A stretch of 64,000 nucleotides of DNA from Patescibacteria group bacterium (GCA_041660005.1 JBAZXG010000005.1:4064-68063); one strand, 5' to 3'; shown: positions 48,254-58,981, counted from the first letter of the stretch. Notes: generated by a model not told the origin, from the letters alone. A program made the numbers and translations.

Positions 48254-48589
48254 CTAAACAATCACGTAGGCTAGTAAAATAAGCAAAAACAATGCGACAG
48301 GGATGAGTAAGCTTGCTTGACCACTAAAACCCGCTGCGTAAAGTATAGCACCAGCAAGAATACCAACCAAAATCGATTTCACGACATAGGACTTTCCGTA
48401 ATCGATGGCAGGAGCGTTGAAGACAATCCACACACCATAAACAAAGAGAAAAGCAAAAACAACATACAAGTTGAGGTAACTCAAAACTAAGCCCGGACGC
48501 GCCAGTTCGGCGGCAGAATAAAAAAGAAAACTAACAAAAGCAATAAAGAATACGATGCTAAATTTTTTGTCTGAATATTGCAGGTGCAT
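48254..48589 (-). CDS. Small four-TM membrane protein
   Basis: Hydrophobic ORF with operon-like spacing. Confidence 0.7.
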   Translation of the reverse strand: MHLQYSDKKFSIVFFIAFVSFLFYSAAELARPGLVLSYLNLYVVFAFLFVYGVWIVFNAPAIDYGKSYVVKSILVGILAGAILYAAGFSGQASLLIPVALFLLILLAYVIV

Positions 48590-48594
48590 ATATT

Positions 48595-49170
48595 TTATCG
48601 GGCTATGAGGCGACCTAGCCAGGACTGCACAACCGAGAGACTTAGCGCTTCACCGGCAAAGTTGACTCTTATACTATGAATTGCCGGACGCACACTAACC
48701 ATACTGAAATTGGGCGCTGAGATGATGAAGCGAACTCTGTTCTTCGACACTAAGGCCTCCGCTAACGAAAAGGTAAGGTCAGCACTTTGGGGGGCACTGC
48801 CATCAATGGGCATCAATTTTTTAATTTCGTAGCGCCAGGGTTCGTTTGGCGTTGGTGGCAGCGCCACACCTAGTCCAAGGGGCACAGAACTGGCATATAA
48901 GATACGTACGGTCGCGGATGACAACCTGCGCGGAAGGCGGACATCGAAATAAACTGGCTCGCCGCTCAGAACCGCGTATGGTTTCTCATTATTTCCTTGT
49001 TCAATGCCTACCCTGCCCTCAGGGTAGAGACGGCTCATGACGGGCTGCGATTTGGTAACATCGAGCGAAACAGCATACGTTCCCGTTGGCAGCGCGTCTT
49101 GGTAGAGCAGCCAGGCAAAAAACACAACCGGCAAGGCAGCAGCACAGCCAATGGCAATATTTTTTTTCAT
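48595..49170 (-). CDS. Hypothetical membrane-anchored protein
   Basis: N-terminal TM helix, GEPVYFDV; ATGA overlap with the upstream gene. Confidence 0.7.
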   Translation of the reverse strand: MKKNIAIGCAAALPVVFFAWLLYQDALPTGTYAVSLDVTKSQPVMSRLYPEGRVGIEQGNNEKPYAVLSGEPVYFDVRLPRRLSSATVRILYASSVPLGLGVALPPTPNEPWRYEIKKLMPIDGSAPQSADLTFSLAEALVSKNRVRFIISAPNFSMVSVRPAIHSIRVNFAGEALSLSVVQSWLGRLIAR

Positions 49171-50804
49171 AGATGAACGAGCGGATAAAGCCAAGCACCA
49201 TCGGGCAGTGCAAACGGTCGATGCAGAACCACTTGATACTGCTTTAGCAGCTCAACTGTTTCTGGTGTGACTCCCGTTAAGCTATAAAGGTAGAGCGGCA
49301 CATTATCAGCAATGGTAGGCAGCACGCGGATAACTTCAGTGTACGTTGTAAACGGTCGATCCCCAGGCGAAATAACGCTGCGCTCAGGAAAAAATATTTT
49401 ATCAATGCGGTCCCCTACTATAACCGAATCCGTTCCTGTTAATGCATTTACCGTTTGACTGACCGTTCTGTAGGTTGCTAGGCGACTAGCCACAACCGCT
49501 AGACCTTCCGATGAGTCAAAATAAACTTGCAAAAAACTGCTAAAACCGAGTACCAGTAGTAACACGAGAATCATGCTGCCGTTTTTATAAACGTTCCCTA
49601 ACAGGTGCATAACTCCATAACCAGCAAACGGCAGCCAAACTACAAATATCGGCAACCAATAGCGCACATAAGAAATGCCGAGTGTAATGTGCTGAGGGCC
49701 AACAGTATCGGCAATACGCCAACTTCCATAGTAAACACCGAGGGTTAAGGTCACCCAAACCGCCGCGTACACATATGAGCGCTCTTGTGCCGACCAGCGC
49801 TCGCGCTCTCTATAGCGAAGGTAACCGCCAAAAAACACAAGCATCCAAAATGGTAAGGTGACAAGAAAGCAATAGAAAAATACATTTGTAAGAATACTTA
49901 GTGGGTGAAAACCAAACGGCACTATGATACTGAGGAGAGAACTCACAATGTTGCCATGCGCCGTTAAGCTAGCAGCATTACGTACGGCTTGGTAGCCAAC
50001 CGGCAATGGTGCGTCGTACACCACAGTAAACAACAGAACAATAGTTGTCAGGAGCGCCGCACAAAGACTTCCTGCAATCACAATTTGCGGCAAACGAATG
50101 TGATGCCGCAGATGCCACAAACCAAATAATGCCAAAGGGAAAAGCCACAGGACTTCTGACGAACGCACGATGAGAGCGCCAACGAACATGATAATAGAAA
50201 AAATAAGCCACTCAACAGAGTTGCGCTCACGCTCTAAATGTACAAATCCCCACACGCTAAAAATGACGAGATCGAGAAATAAAATATTATGATAGAAACC
50301 ACGGCTGGCGTAATACCAAATCGCTGGGTGCATAGCAAGCAGTACCGTTGCGGCGAGAGCAACACTGACATTAAAAATGCACCGCCAGCAACCATAAGCT
50401 GCCATAAGCGCAAGTGCAGTCATGACTGCGGTGAGATATGGCAACACACCAAGTCCAAATACGAGAGCCGTCGCGCCGAAAATCATCGGCAGTCCCACGA
50501 AACTCGCTGGCACCAAATCATTTCCAACTGGAATGGTGGCGCGCGGATGGATTACACCGTTCGAAAGCGCTGAAAGCGGCTCAGGATAGCTGAGACCAAC
50601 GCCATTCGCAACTTGAAAACTAAAAAAGTAGTTGGCAGTTTCATCCGGGGAATTAAATCGCGGCGCCTGACGAATAGTCGCCCACGAAAAAAATGCGTAT
50701 GCAAAAAAGGCAACGAGCGTAATAGCCACGACATACACCCGTGGCTCTTTTGCCGCACCCTGCACAAACGCGCGCGCCCTGAGTATAAAAGTTTGAATCG
50801 TCAT
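49167..50804 (-). CDS. Polytopic GT-C-like membrane glycosyltransferase
   Basis: FNSPDETANY in the first loop, many TM helices, YVRYWLP. Confidence 0.65.
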   Translation of the reverse strand: MTIQTFILRARAFVQGAAKEPRVYVVAITLVAFFAYAFFSWATIRQAPRFNSPDETANYFFSFQVANGVGLSYPEPLSALSNGVIHPRATIPVGNDLVPASFVGLPMIFGATALVFGLGVLPYLTAVMTALALMAAYGCWRCIFNVSVALAATVLLAMHPAIWYYASRGFYHNILFLDLVIFSVWGFVHLERERNSVEWLIFSIIMFVGALIVRSSEVLWLFPLALFGLWHLRHHIRLPQIVIAGSLCAALLTTIVLLFTVVYDAPLPVGYQAVRNAASLTAHGNIVSSLLSIIVPFGFHPLSILTNVFFYCFLVTLPFWMLVFFGGYLRYRERERWSAQERSYVYAAVWVTLTLGVYYGSWRIADTVGPQHITLGISYVRYWLPIFVVWLPFAGYGVMHLLGNVYKNGSMILVLLLVLGFSSFLQVYFDSSEGLAVVASRLATYRTVSQTVNALTGTDSVIVGDRIDKIFFPERSVISPGDRPFTTYTEVIRVLPTIADNVPLYLYSLTGVTPETVELLKQYQVVLHRPFALPDGAWLYPLVHL

Positions 50805-50826
50805 CGCTCTCTAGTACAATAATGTC

Positions 50827-52953
50827 ATGCATCTCAAAAAGTGGATAGTTATCCCCCACCTCGGCATTTCATTGCTTATTATCATGAACGCCTGTCTTTG
50901 GCGTTCGTCTGAAGTAGGCCTTATCTTGGGCATCGTGTATCTAGCTTTTTATGGATACGTACTTGGCGAATGCTGGTCTCGAACACTTTCGTCTTTTATC
51001 CGCTTCATAAGTGGTTTACTGCTCACACTGACGACCTTGGCGGGTTTGGGTGGCATTGTCTACTACCTCATTGGTCTGCCGAACTGGCTCGCCACAATCG
51101 TTCTCGTTGTCATTGCGTCTTCAATTGTTTTATTGAATTCCTGCATTGCTGAGGAAATCAGACCCACGCCTGACTCTATTATACCACAGAGCCAACACGG
51201 GCGAATGCAGATAATGGTAGCGTTTATTGGTGCGCTAGCCCTTGCTTTTGCGTTTTCTTTTCTTTTTAAAGCTCGCACCGGTGAAGCATTGCGATCGCCC
51301 TGGTCAGTAGTTGACGCGCGTTTTTTTGGCTGCTTCTTTATTGCTGAATTTTCCGCCTTACTTCTGCTCTGGACGGACAACAAGCGGAGAATGTTGCGTG
51401 ATTTTTTTGTTCTGTCGGCATTGACTACACTTGCCACAACCATCGGTATTATCGTCTACCGGGTTGGTTTTGGCTTTGATCCTTTTATCCATCAAGCCAC
51501 CGAATCACTCATCGCTACCGCAGGAGTCGTTTATCCTAAACCGCTCTACTACCTTGGCCAGTACGCTCTCGTTGTCCTGCTGCATACGCTGACCCTTCAA
51601 CCGATAGCGATCATAGACTCACTGCTCTTGCCGGCGGTTACCGGTCTCGCTCTTCCAGCACTTTTTATAACCACTTTCTACCATGACAATAACAAAAGAA
51701 CTGCTGCTTTAAGTGCAGCCACTTTTATTGGGATGCCGCTGTATCTTTTCGCCATGACGACACCCCAAGGCATCGCTAATCTTTTATTCGTTGCAGTAAT
51801 TTTTCTTGGCTACCGTAATGATTGCGATAAAGCAAGAACTAACCGTCAGTTCGAACTACTTCTTCTTGGTCTTTCAGTTACAGCAATGGTAATGCATCCG
51901 CTGGCAGGACTACCGGCACTTTTTTTTGTCGGACTGCGCTATATGCAAAACCGCTACCCGAAACAAAATATTATATATAGTCTGGCAGCGATAGCAGCTG
52001 CGGCTGTTTTGCCCATTATTTTTTTCATGCAAAACGCCGGTCGTGCTGGTGTGCAGGCTACAGCTACACTACCAACAATACCGGCTGAACAACTTTCGCG
52101 TGGCATTTTGTATTTCGGTCGACACTATAATTTTATCCTTGATACGGTTTATCTCTACGCCTTTAATCTTGGCGCTATTATTATTGCGCTCTTGTTAATC
52201 GGAATCTATCTGCTGAAGCGACAAGAAGAAGGCATTGCAGACAACAAATCGCTTTTGCTCATTTCGCTCATACTTTTCTTCGATGCGTTTATCGTTAAAT
52301 TTTTCATACCTTTTTTATTTCTTATAGACTATGAACGCAGTAACTTTAGTGGCCGCCTTTTCACGCTCGGGTTTATTGCGCTTTTGCCATTCGCCGTTAT
52401 AGCACTGCGCTCTTTTTTTGAACGTCTCACCAATGCACCACGAAGTGTTATTGTCTTTTTTTTGCTCACTCTCTCATGCCTCGCTACGATAAGCGTGTAT
52501 GTCGCCTATCCGCGCTTTGACACCTATGCTTTTGATCGCGGCTACTCAACAAGTCTCCACGATATTACTGCCGTAAGGTATATAGATTCAGTCGCAAGCG
52601 GCTCATACGTTGTTTTGGCCGACCAAGCGGTTGCCGCTGCAGCACTCAAGGAATTGGGGTTTAAGCAGTACTTCGCGCGACAGGGCAATAAAAGTAATGA
52701 GCAAATCTTTTTCTACCCTATTCCAACCGGCGGCTCACTTTACCAGGAGTACCTACGCATGGTCTACGAAAAACCAACGCGAGACCCTATTCGCTCGGCG
52801 CTTACCATGACCGGTGCAAATGAAGCGTATTTTGTGTTGAACGACTATTGGTTTGATTTTGAAAATATTCGCGACAGCGCAAAACAGTTTGCTGATGATT
52901 GGAAAGAAATTGATGGCGGGAAAATAGTCATCTTCCACTACAAAAAACTATAG
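50827..52953 (+). CDS. Large polytopic membrane protein, GT-C/STT3-like candidate
   Basis: More than 14 predicted TM helices, GFDPFIHQ loop, soluble C-terminal domain. Confidence 0.55.
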   Translation: MHLKKWIVIPHLGISLLIIMNACLWRSSEVGLILGIVYLAFYGYVLGECWSRTLSSFIRFISGLLLTLTTLAGLGGIVYYLIGLPNWLATIVLVVIASSIVLLNSCIAEEIRPTPDSIIPQSQHGRMQIMVAFIGALALAFAFSFLFKARTGEALRSPWSVVDARFFGCFFIAEFSALLLLWTDNKRRMLRDFFVLSALTTLATTIGIIVYRVGFGFDPFIHQATESLIATAGVVYPKPLYYLGQYALVVLLHTLTLQPIAIIDSLLLPAVTGLALPALFITTFYHDNNKRTAALSAATFIGMPLYLFAMTTPQGIANLLFVAVIFLGYRNDCDKARTNRQFELLLLGLSVTAMVMHPLAGLPALFFVGLRYMQNRYPKQNIIYSLAAIAAAAVLPIIFFMQNAGRAGVQATATLPTIPAEQLSRGILYFGRHYNFILDTVYLYAFNLGAIIIALLLIGIYLLKRQEEGIADNKSLLLISLILFFDAFIVKFFIPFLFLIDYERSNFSGRLFTLGFIALLPFAVIALRSFFERLTNAPRSVIVFFLLTLSCLATISVYVAYPRFDTYAFDRGYSTSLHDITAVRYIDSVASGSYVVLADQAVAAAALKELGFKQYFARQGNKSNEQIFFYPIPTGGSLYQEYLRMVYEKPTRDPIRSALTMTGANEAYFVLNDYWFDFENIRDSAKQFADDWKEIDGGKIVIFHYKKL

Positions 52954-52963
52954 CTGTGTTGAT

Positions 52964-52997
52964 GGGCTCAAACTGTGCAGTTGCGCAGCTTGAGCCC
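52964..52997. terminator. Hairpin between convergent genes
   Basis: GGGCTCAAACTGTGC-AGTT-GCGCAGCTTGAGCCC; no U-tract. Confidence 0.45.
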
Positions 52998-53037
52998 ACC
53001 GTTCGGTCATCTCCACTCCGCTCAGCCGAAAGCGAGA

Positions 53038-53463
53038 CTAGTCGACATTCGCAGGTGTCGCATGTTTCAGGGTTGACGTATCAAACACGCCAGCCCAAAC
53101 GGGGAAAGAGCTATCGGGGAAACCGAGCGCAGAGAGAACGTTCCTCGTTGCCGAGCATGGCAGGATGAAAACGGGCAGCTCACCGTTCTCGGCCCCCGTC
53201 ACCTCAGCCTGAATGTACAAGGTCGTATTGCAGTCGGCGTCCATGACCTCGACCGCAAGACCGAAACGAGATGCAATCTCGGTCACGGCCTCCGCCGGAA
53301 TTCTTGCGTCCGCATATCCCCTGAGGACGAATCGCTCTTTGTGCAAGGCCTGCGCAGCGTGACGCCACCGTTGAACAAAGACAGCTGCACCAACTGCCTG
53401 GGTCCGCAAAGCACGCTCATCGTCCTGCCTGTCAGCATCGATCCCAATGATTCCAAACCGCAT
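53038..53463 (-). CDS. Hypothetical protein
   Basis: GGAGG 7 nt upstream of ATG 53463; GC-richer than neighbours. Confidence 0.6.
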   Translation of the reverse strand: MRFGIIGIDADRQDDERALRTQAVGAAVFVQRWRHAAQALHKERFVLRGYADARIPAEAVTEIASRFGLAVEVMDADCNTTLYIQAEVTGAENGELPVFILPCSATRNVLSALGFPDSSFPVWAGVFDTSTLKHATPANVD

Positions 53464-53518
53464 GGTTAATCCTCCCACTTTACAAACACCCGAAATTGGG
53501 TTTACTCAATCCTAGCAA

Positions 53519-54694
53519 TTAGTTTAAATCAGTCAACGCTATCAGTTCTTTGGAGTACTCTTTTGAGCCAACGCTTAAAGCCAAAATATTTTCACGAACA
53601 AACACGCGCGATTCTGCGCTCTCAGTAATGGCGCTCGCCAATGCTTCAGAGTCCCCCGGCGGAACTAACTTGGTATTTGGCGCTAAGCGTAAAAGCTCGG
53701 ACACGCCGCCAATGTCACTCGCCACAACGGGAACACCATGACTTAAGGCCTCGACAATACTCATGGGATTGTTTTCTATGAGTAACGACGGATACACAAA
53801 AACGTCAGTGACTTCCCAAATTGCCGCGAGCTGAATTTGCGACAAAAAACCAGAAACAATTATGCTACGGTCTTCAAGAGATGCTTTTTTTACTGCATGT
53901 AAGTAAGAACCAGCTCCAGCAAGAATTAACCGCCAGTGAGGTCGGCGAATTGTTTGCCAAACGTCAAGAAGTAACTGAATCCCCTTTTGCTCTTCTATTT
54001 GCCCAATGTAAACAACATTTATGCCCTTATGTTCTTTATGCACAACCGCAACGTCCGGCACCGGATTCATAAGAACCGACCGCTTCGCAACAGAAAAAAA
54101 ATGGTGCCCAGTATAAAAATCTTGAAGAAATTTTGACGGAAAAACAACGATTCCAACAGTGCGAAAAAGGTGCCGCGTTAGCGTACGGTACAGTATTCGA
54201 ATTGGTCGTGACAACTGCGTTTTTAGTTGTGCGACAAGCAATATACCGCTTGGCTCAACAAGCTGAACGTCATGCACAACTTGAATGTAGCGCTTTGCTC
54301 GCTTTGCAAAAAGACGCGGCAACAAGTAACCAAGTCCACGCAAATTGTGCGAGAGAACAAGGTCGGGTTGCTCACGACGCAACACTGCTCTTGTCACCAA
54401 CCAAGAATGAATGTTCATAACATCAAGACACCCCCAAATGGCGCGCGCGAAAAAACCATACGCATTTATGTTTACATACGAAAAAATATTCAGTGGAAAG
54501 AAGCGGAGCACCTTAATGCCCTCCTCTTCTTCTGCTACCGGCGTGAGTGAACGTATGCCATGAAAAGGTCTGACCGAAAGCACGCTCACCTCCCAGCCGA
54601 GCTCTTTGAATCCGTTCGCTGAGGCCTTCACAACGGTCTCTGCTCCTGACCGGTAGTACCGCCCGTACAAGTTACTGACAATTAAAACTTTCAT
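53519..54694 (-). CDS. Glycosyltransferase family 4
   Basis: GAE, GQIEEQKG, ENNPMSIVEALSHGVPVV. Confidence 0.92.
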   Translation of the reverse strand: MKVLIVSNLYGRYYRSGAETVVKASANGFKELGWEVSVLSVRPFHGIRSLTPVAEEEEGIKVLRFFPLNIFSYVNINAYGFFARAIWGCLDVMNIHSWLVTRAVLRREQPDLVLSHNLRGLGYLLPRLFAKRAKRYIQVVHDVQLVEPSGILLVAQLKTQLSRPIRILYRTLTRHLFRTVGIVVFPSKFLQDFYTGHHFFSVAKRSVLMNPVPDVAVVHKEHKGINVVYIGQIEEQKGIQLLLDVWQTIRRPHWRLILAGAGSYLHAVKKASLEDRSIIVSGFLSQIQLAAIWEVTDVFVYPSLLIENNPMSIVEALSHGVPVVASDIGGVSELLRLAPNTKLVPPGDSEALASAITESAESRVFVRENILALSVGSKEYSKELIALTDLN

Positions 54695-55836
54695 AGAACG
54701 AGCCCCAAAAGCTCAAGTAATTTTTTACGAACCACGGGTTCACTATATTCTTCCTCAACAATTATTCTACCCCGCTCTCCGTAACGCTTTGCAACTGCAG
54801 GGCGACTCAACAAGTGAATGAGCGCCGCAGACAGCGCCTCGACACTCTTTGGCTCCACAAGTTGGCCAGTTTCACCGTCTCGCACAACACGACGAAGCCC
54901 TGGCAAATGAGAGGCAACGGTGGCACGAGCGCTCGCCATGGCTTCAAGGAGCACTAACCCAAACGCCTCAGAGGCGTCAATAGAGGGCAGAACCACCACA
55001 TCAGCGAGTCGATAGTGTTCAGGAAGCATATCGCCCGAAACGCTACCTAGAAAACCAACTGAATCTGCAATCCTGAGATGCTTTGCTTCCGCTTCATAAC
55101 GCACTCGCCGATCACCGTCACCTACGAGTAGTAATTTAGCATTCGGTACTTCTCGCACAACTTCTTGCCATGATTTTAATAAAACTGAAATACCTTTGAA
55201 ATAGTGCGCGCCATCAAGCCCTCCAACAAAAAGTGCGACAGGCGTGTCTTTGGTAAACCCATACTCTGCCAAGAGATGATCTGGCTTTGGGCCGGGAGAA
55301 AAAAGAGCCGTGTTAACCGACAGTGGTAGTTCACGCAAACGACCCCCAATGCTCGGCAAGTACTGAGCAAGGAGAGAGTGCTCAGCATAGTCGACTGAAC
55401 TCACCAGAATTAAATGCGCATGATCAAGAAGCGGCTTCAAATAACGGCGATGATACAACTTAAATAATAATTTTTTCCAACCAACTCCTACGTTGTCCAT
55501 GTGATAGAAAAGAACGAGTTTCTGATTTGCAGCAACTCCACGACGGGCGTACCCTTGTGCGCCACCAAAAAACGGATAGTTGAGGATAACTATTTCGGCG
55601 CCAGTCGTAAGATCCGGAAAGTTTGGGATAATTGCCGCATTGCCGTAACGAAATAACGTTTTAACATAAATCACTTTTACTGCTCCGCCCTCAACGCTCT
55701 CCGGTTTTGGTGCCGACGTATACACATTAACCTGAATACCCTCTTGGCTTAGTGCGCGCGCCTGACTCGCAGCCACATTACCCATGCCGCCGCCATAGGG
55801 CGGATAGGTTGAGACAACAATGTTTACGCGTTTCAT
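54691..55836 (-). CDS. Glycosyltransferase family 4
   Basis: YPPYGGG, HYFKG, EAFGLVLLEAMA. Confidence 0.94.
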   Translation of the reverse strand: MKRVNIVVSTYPPYGGGMGNVAASQARALSQEGIQVNVYTSAPKPESVEGGAVKVIYVKTLFRYGNAAIIPNFPDLTTGAEIVILNYPFFGGAQGYARRGVAANQKLVLFYHMDNVGVGWKKLLFKLYHRRYLKPLLDHAHLILVSSVDYAEHSLLAQYLPSIGGRLRELPLSVNTALFSPGPKPDHLLAEYGFTKDTPVALFVGGLDGAHYFKGISVLLKSWQEVVREVPNAKLLLVGDGDRRVRYEAEAKHLRIADSVGFLGSVSGDMLPEHYRLADVVVLPSIDASEAFGLVLLEAMASARATVASHLPGLRRVVRDGETGQLVEPKSVEALSAALIHLLSRPAVAKRYGERGRIIVEEEYSEPVVRKKLLELLGLVL

Positions 55837-55845
55837 ACGTTCGAG

Positions 55846-56931
55846 TTACCAAAAAATAACTGAGCGAATAATGCGCCAATATCCAGCCAAAAGCGGGTTC
55901 ACTATTCTGAGCGGCAGTGAAGGGACAGTCTGATACTCTACCACTGCACTCATCGTACGTATCACGTCACGATCTTTTGTCTTACGCATTGATTGACGAC
56001 GAGAGCGCTCTTTCATAATTTCTGAAAAATGAACAATAACATAGAGGTAACCCTTAAGCTTCAAAGGAAGCCATCCTTTCAAAGTAGCAAACAGCACAAC
56101 GCCAATTTCCATAACGAACCAGGCGGGAAAGATGAGCAACAGTGTCGCGAGATGGTAATTCTCGAGAAGCACGATGAGACGATTTCGCTCACCATAATAA
56201 TACTTGATGCGCGTGGAGCGGCTAAATTCGTAGCGATGATAAGCGCGTGCACTAGGCACGAGAACGCTTTGTTTACCAAAAAGCGATATGCGCCAGCCCA
56301 AATCCAGGTCTTCGTGGTACATAAAAAAATCTTCCGAAAAAAGACCAAACTGATTGAGGTCAAGCATTTTAAGCACGAGAGCCGCACCTGAGGCATAAGC
56401 AACCCGACGCGGCTCTTTAAGGTATCGCTGCATGGCCGTGCTGTTCATGTTCGTACCTTCTCGGTCACTATAGCCAAAACCGAGGTAGTGAATGCAGTTG
56501 CCAGCCGAATTAACGACGTCTCGGTTCTGATCAAGGAGAATTAAGGGCTGCGCCGCCGTTGCTTCGCTATGCGCCTCAAGGTAGTCAATAAGTTGACTAA
56601 ACATAGAGGCCTCAACAAAACAATCTTGGTTGATGAGCGCCAGGTAAACCGCACCAATTTTTTTCGCCTCCTCGTACCCACGAAGACAAGCCCCGGTAAA
56701 CCCTAAATTATTTTCATGCTCAATAATGTTGAGCGTCGGATACTTAGCTCGCGCACGCTGAACACCCACATCACTACTATGATTATCTACGAGAATGATT
56801 TCTAAATTATCGTAATCCGAAAGCATAAGCGCTTCCAGACATCGCTCCAGATCATTGCCGCCGTTAAAACTCGGCACAACAACCGCCAGGCGCAATCTTT
56901 TATTCTGATTCTTGTCTGTCACTGGCTGCAT
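55846..56931 (-). CDS. Glycosyltransferase family 2 (rhamnosyltransferase-like)
   Basis: VDNHSSD, NLGF, NQD, SGAAL, FFMYHEDLDL. Confidence 0.9.
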   Translation of the reverse strand: MQPVTDKNQNKRLRLAVVVPSFNGGNDLERCLEALMLSDYDNLEIILVDNHSSDVGVQRARAKYPTLNIIEHENNLGFTGACLRGYEEAKKIGAVYLALINQDCFVEASMFSQLIDYLEAHSEATAAQPLILLDQNRDVVNSAGNCIHYLGFGYSDREGTNMNSTAMQRYLKEPRRVAYASGAALVLKMLDLNQFGLFSEDFFMYHEDLDLGWRISLFGKQSVLVPSARAYHRYEFSRSTRIKYYYGERNRLIVLLENYHLATLLLIFPAWFVMEIGVVLFATLKGWLPLKLKGYLYVIVHFSEIMKERSRRQSMRKTKDRDVIRTMSAVVEYQTVPSLPLRIVNPLLAGYWRIIRSVIFW

Positions 56932-57250
56932 GGTGTTCTTCAAGTGCTCGTTGACGTACGAGCTCCGTTAACGAACGCTCCAGGCGATCGGTCTTCCGGG
57001 ACTGCTGAAAAAAAGCATAAAAAAGGACAAGCACCGACGTATAAAGAACTGCATCAACTCCACGTCCAACCCCCAAGATGCGTGCTGCAACGTCCGTGGT
57101 CTTTGGCAAAAAAACAATCAAAACCGTTGCTACCCAAAAGAGAAGCCAAATCAAGAGCTTTCGTCGATCAAGCGATCCGCTGCGATACGCACGTAGTGCC
57201 CGAGAGACCGCAAAGAGCGCAAAAAGTGTAATCAGCCATTGTATGGGCAT
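56900..57250 (-). CDS. DUF2304 family membrane protein
   Basis: LGVGRGVD, three TM helices plus coiled coil, downstream of a GT2 gene. Confidence 0.85.
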   Translation of the reverse strand: MPIQWLITLFALFAVSRALRAYRSGSLDRRKLLIWLLFWVATVLIVFLPKTTDVAARILGVGRGVDAVLYTSVLVLFYAFFQQSRKTDRLERSLTELVRQRALEEHHAASDRQESE

Positions 57251-57253
57251 AGC

Positions 57254-57931
57254 TTAGCGATGAGGAAAAAATTTCTCAATCACAAGATCCCGAACGATTG
57301 TTAAAGCGTTTACTGACGACTGCCCGTGCGCTAACGAGTACGGCGTGTAATGCACCGTAACCGGTACTTCAACATAGCGCAATTTGAGGTCAGCAATACC
57401 ATCAAGTATTTCCGAAGCGTGAGCCCAGCCATCATGACGTATAGGTAGCTTCGTTGCCGCAGAACGGGAAAATGCTCGAAGACCATTGTTGGTATCGCTC
57501 AAATAAATGCCAGAGAAGAATCGTGTAAAAAGAATGCCTGCCTTTAAAAGAATGCGCCTCTTCAATGGAAGATTGACCGCATGACCAAGAAAGCGCGACC
57601 CTAAAACAATGTCAGCCCTGCCGTCACGAATCGGTTCAGTAAGCAGAGTGATATCGTGCGCATCATGCTGCCCATCTGCATCGAAATGAACAATAATGTC
57701 TGCACGCTCCTCTAGGGCAAGCGCCACGCCAGTTGCCAGAGCTGCCCCCTGGCCACGGTTAATGCTGTGGCACAAAACTACTGCTCCCGCGCTCCTTGCG
57801 AGAGAAGTCGTGGCATCATTAGAGCCGTCGTCAACGACAATCACTTCGTCAACATATCTGCGCACGTCGGTTACCACATCATAAATGCCGCGCGCCTCGT
57901 TATAGGCCGGAATGACGGCAATCGTTCGCAT
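57254..57931 (-). CDS. Glycosyltransferase family 2, polyprenol-phosphate (DPM synthase-like)
   Basis: IPAYNEA, VDDGS, NRGQGAA, FDADGQH, GSRF. Confidence 0.92.
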   Translation of the reverse strand: MRTIAVIPAYNEARGIYDVVTDVRRYVDEVIVVDDGSNDATTSLARSAGAVVLCHSINRGQGAALATGVALALEERADIIVHFDADGQHDAHDITLLTEPIRDGRADIVLGSRFLGHAVNLPLKRRILLKAGILFTRFFSGIYLSDTNNGLRAFSRSAATKLPIRHDGWAHASEILDGIADLKLRYVEVPVTVHYTPYSLAHGQSSVNALTIVRDLVIEKFFPHR

Positions 57932-57937
57932 ACGAAC

Positions 57938-58960
57938 CTATGACGCGCCGAGTTTTACGAGCCCTCGACCCGCTTTTAAGTCTTCTACTGTCTTTGCTAA
58001 ACCGTCCTTCAATAATGTTACCGGAAACCAGCTCAAATTTTCTTTGGCGCGAGTTATATTTGGAATAAGACGTGGATGATACCCATCTGGGTAATCTGGG
58101 CGCACCATAATGCGAACCTCTTCTTCAACGAGCGTCATCATCATGCGCGCGAGCTCAGTCAGCTGCAAAGCTTGATCGCTGCCAATGTTAACCGGCTGCT
58201 CGTCACCTGCGCTCATCAAGCGGATTAACCCTTTGACCGTATCGCTAACGTAGCAAAATGACCCCACGGCTTCGGACCCGCCGTAGATAATAACTTCTTT
58301 CCCTTTGAAAATATTTTGTAAAAATTCAGTTACCACATTCGAGTCATCGAGCCGCATGCGCGGCCCATAAGAAGAAAAAACGCGGGCAATCCGTACGTTG
58401 AGACCATAATTCCTGCGATACGATTCAACCAGCGCTTCCCCGAAACGCTGCGCCACAGCAAAGGCGCTGTAGTTATCAATGTGCGGCACTATCCCTTCAG
58501 CGCTCTCGCTAACACGTCCGCTGCCGTTTACCACCTGGCCATAAGTCGCATCTGACGAGACATAGCAAAAAATCGCCTTGCTCTCTTTGGCAAGATCCAG
58601 CGCATAGCGCAGTCCCACAGAATTGACCATCATGGTCTCTATGGGAAATCGTTCAACGTCGCTGCGCGAAGACGGGGAAGCCAAAAAATAAACTTCTTGA
58701 ACGCCTTGCCATGCCGCTTTAAATTTCTGTAAGGCACGTTCTTCTCCCGACAAAGAGAATGGCTCAGTAATATCATGGCGTATAAAAGCAAAGTCCGGAT
58801 TTTCAAGCAGGTGGTCAATGTTTTGCTCGCTCCCCGTCAAAAAATTATCAAGACAAATGACTTTTGATGTTTTGACCAGTTCATCACAGAGATGCGATCC
58901 TATAAAACCGGCGCCACCAATGACCAGTACGTTTTTTTTCTCAAAAATTGTTTTCGCCAT
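57938..58960 (-). CDS. NAD-dependent epimerase/dehydratase (UDP-glucuronate decarboxylase-like) with altered catalytic motif
   Basis: GGAGFIGSHLC, LASP, YGPRM, SFCYVSD, PVNIG; YxxxK appears as FAVAQ. Confidence 0.85.
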   Translation of the reverse strand: MAKTIFEKKNVLVIGGAGFIGSHLCDELVKTSKVICLDNFLTGSEQNIDHLLENPDFAFIRHDITEPFSLSGEERALQKFKAAWQGVQEVYFLASPSSRSDVERFPIETMMVNSVGLRYALDLAKESKAIFCYVSSDATYGQVVNGSGRVSESAEGIVPHIDNYSAFAVAQRFGEALVESYRRNYGLNVRIARVFSSYGPRMRLDDSNVVTEFLQNIFKGKEVIIYGGSEAVGSFCYVSDTVKGLIRLMSAGDEQPVNIGSDQALQLTELARMMMTLVEEEVRIMVRPDYPDGYHPRLIPNITRAKENLSWFPVTLLKDGLAKTVEDLKAGRGLVKLGAS

Positions 58961-58981
58961 GATGCATGATAAGAATGTATT

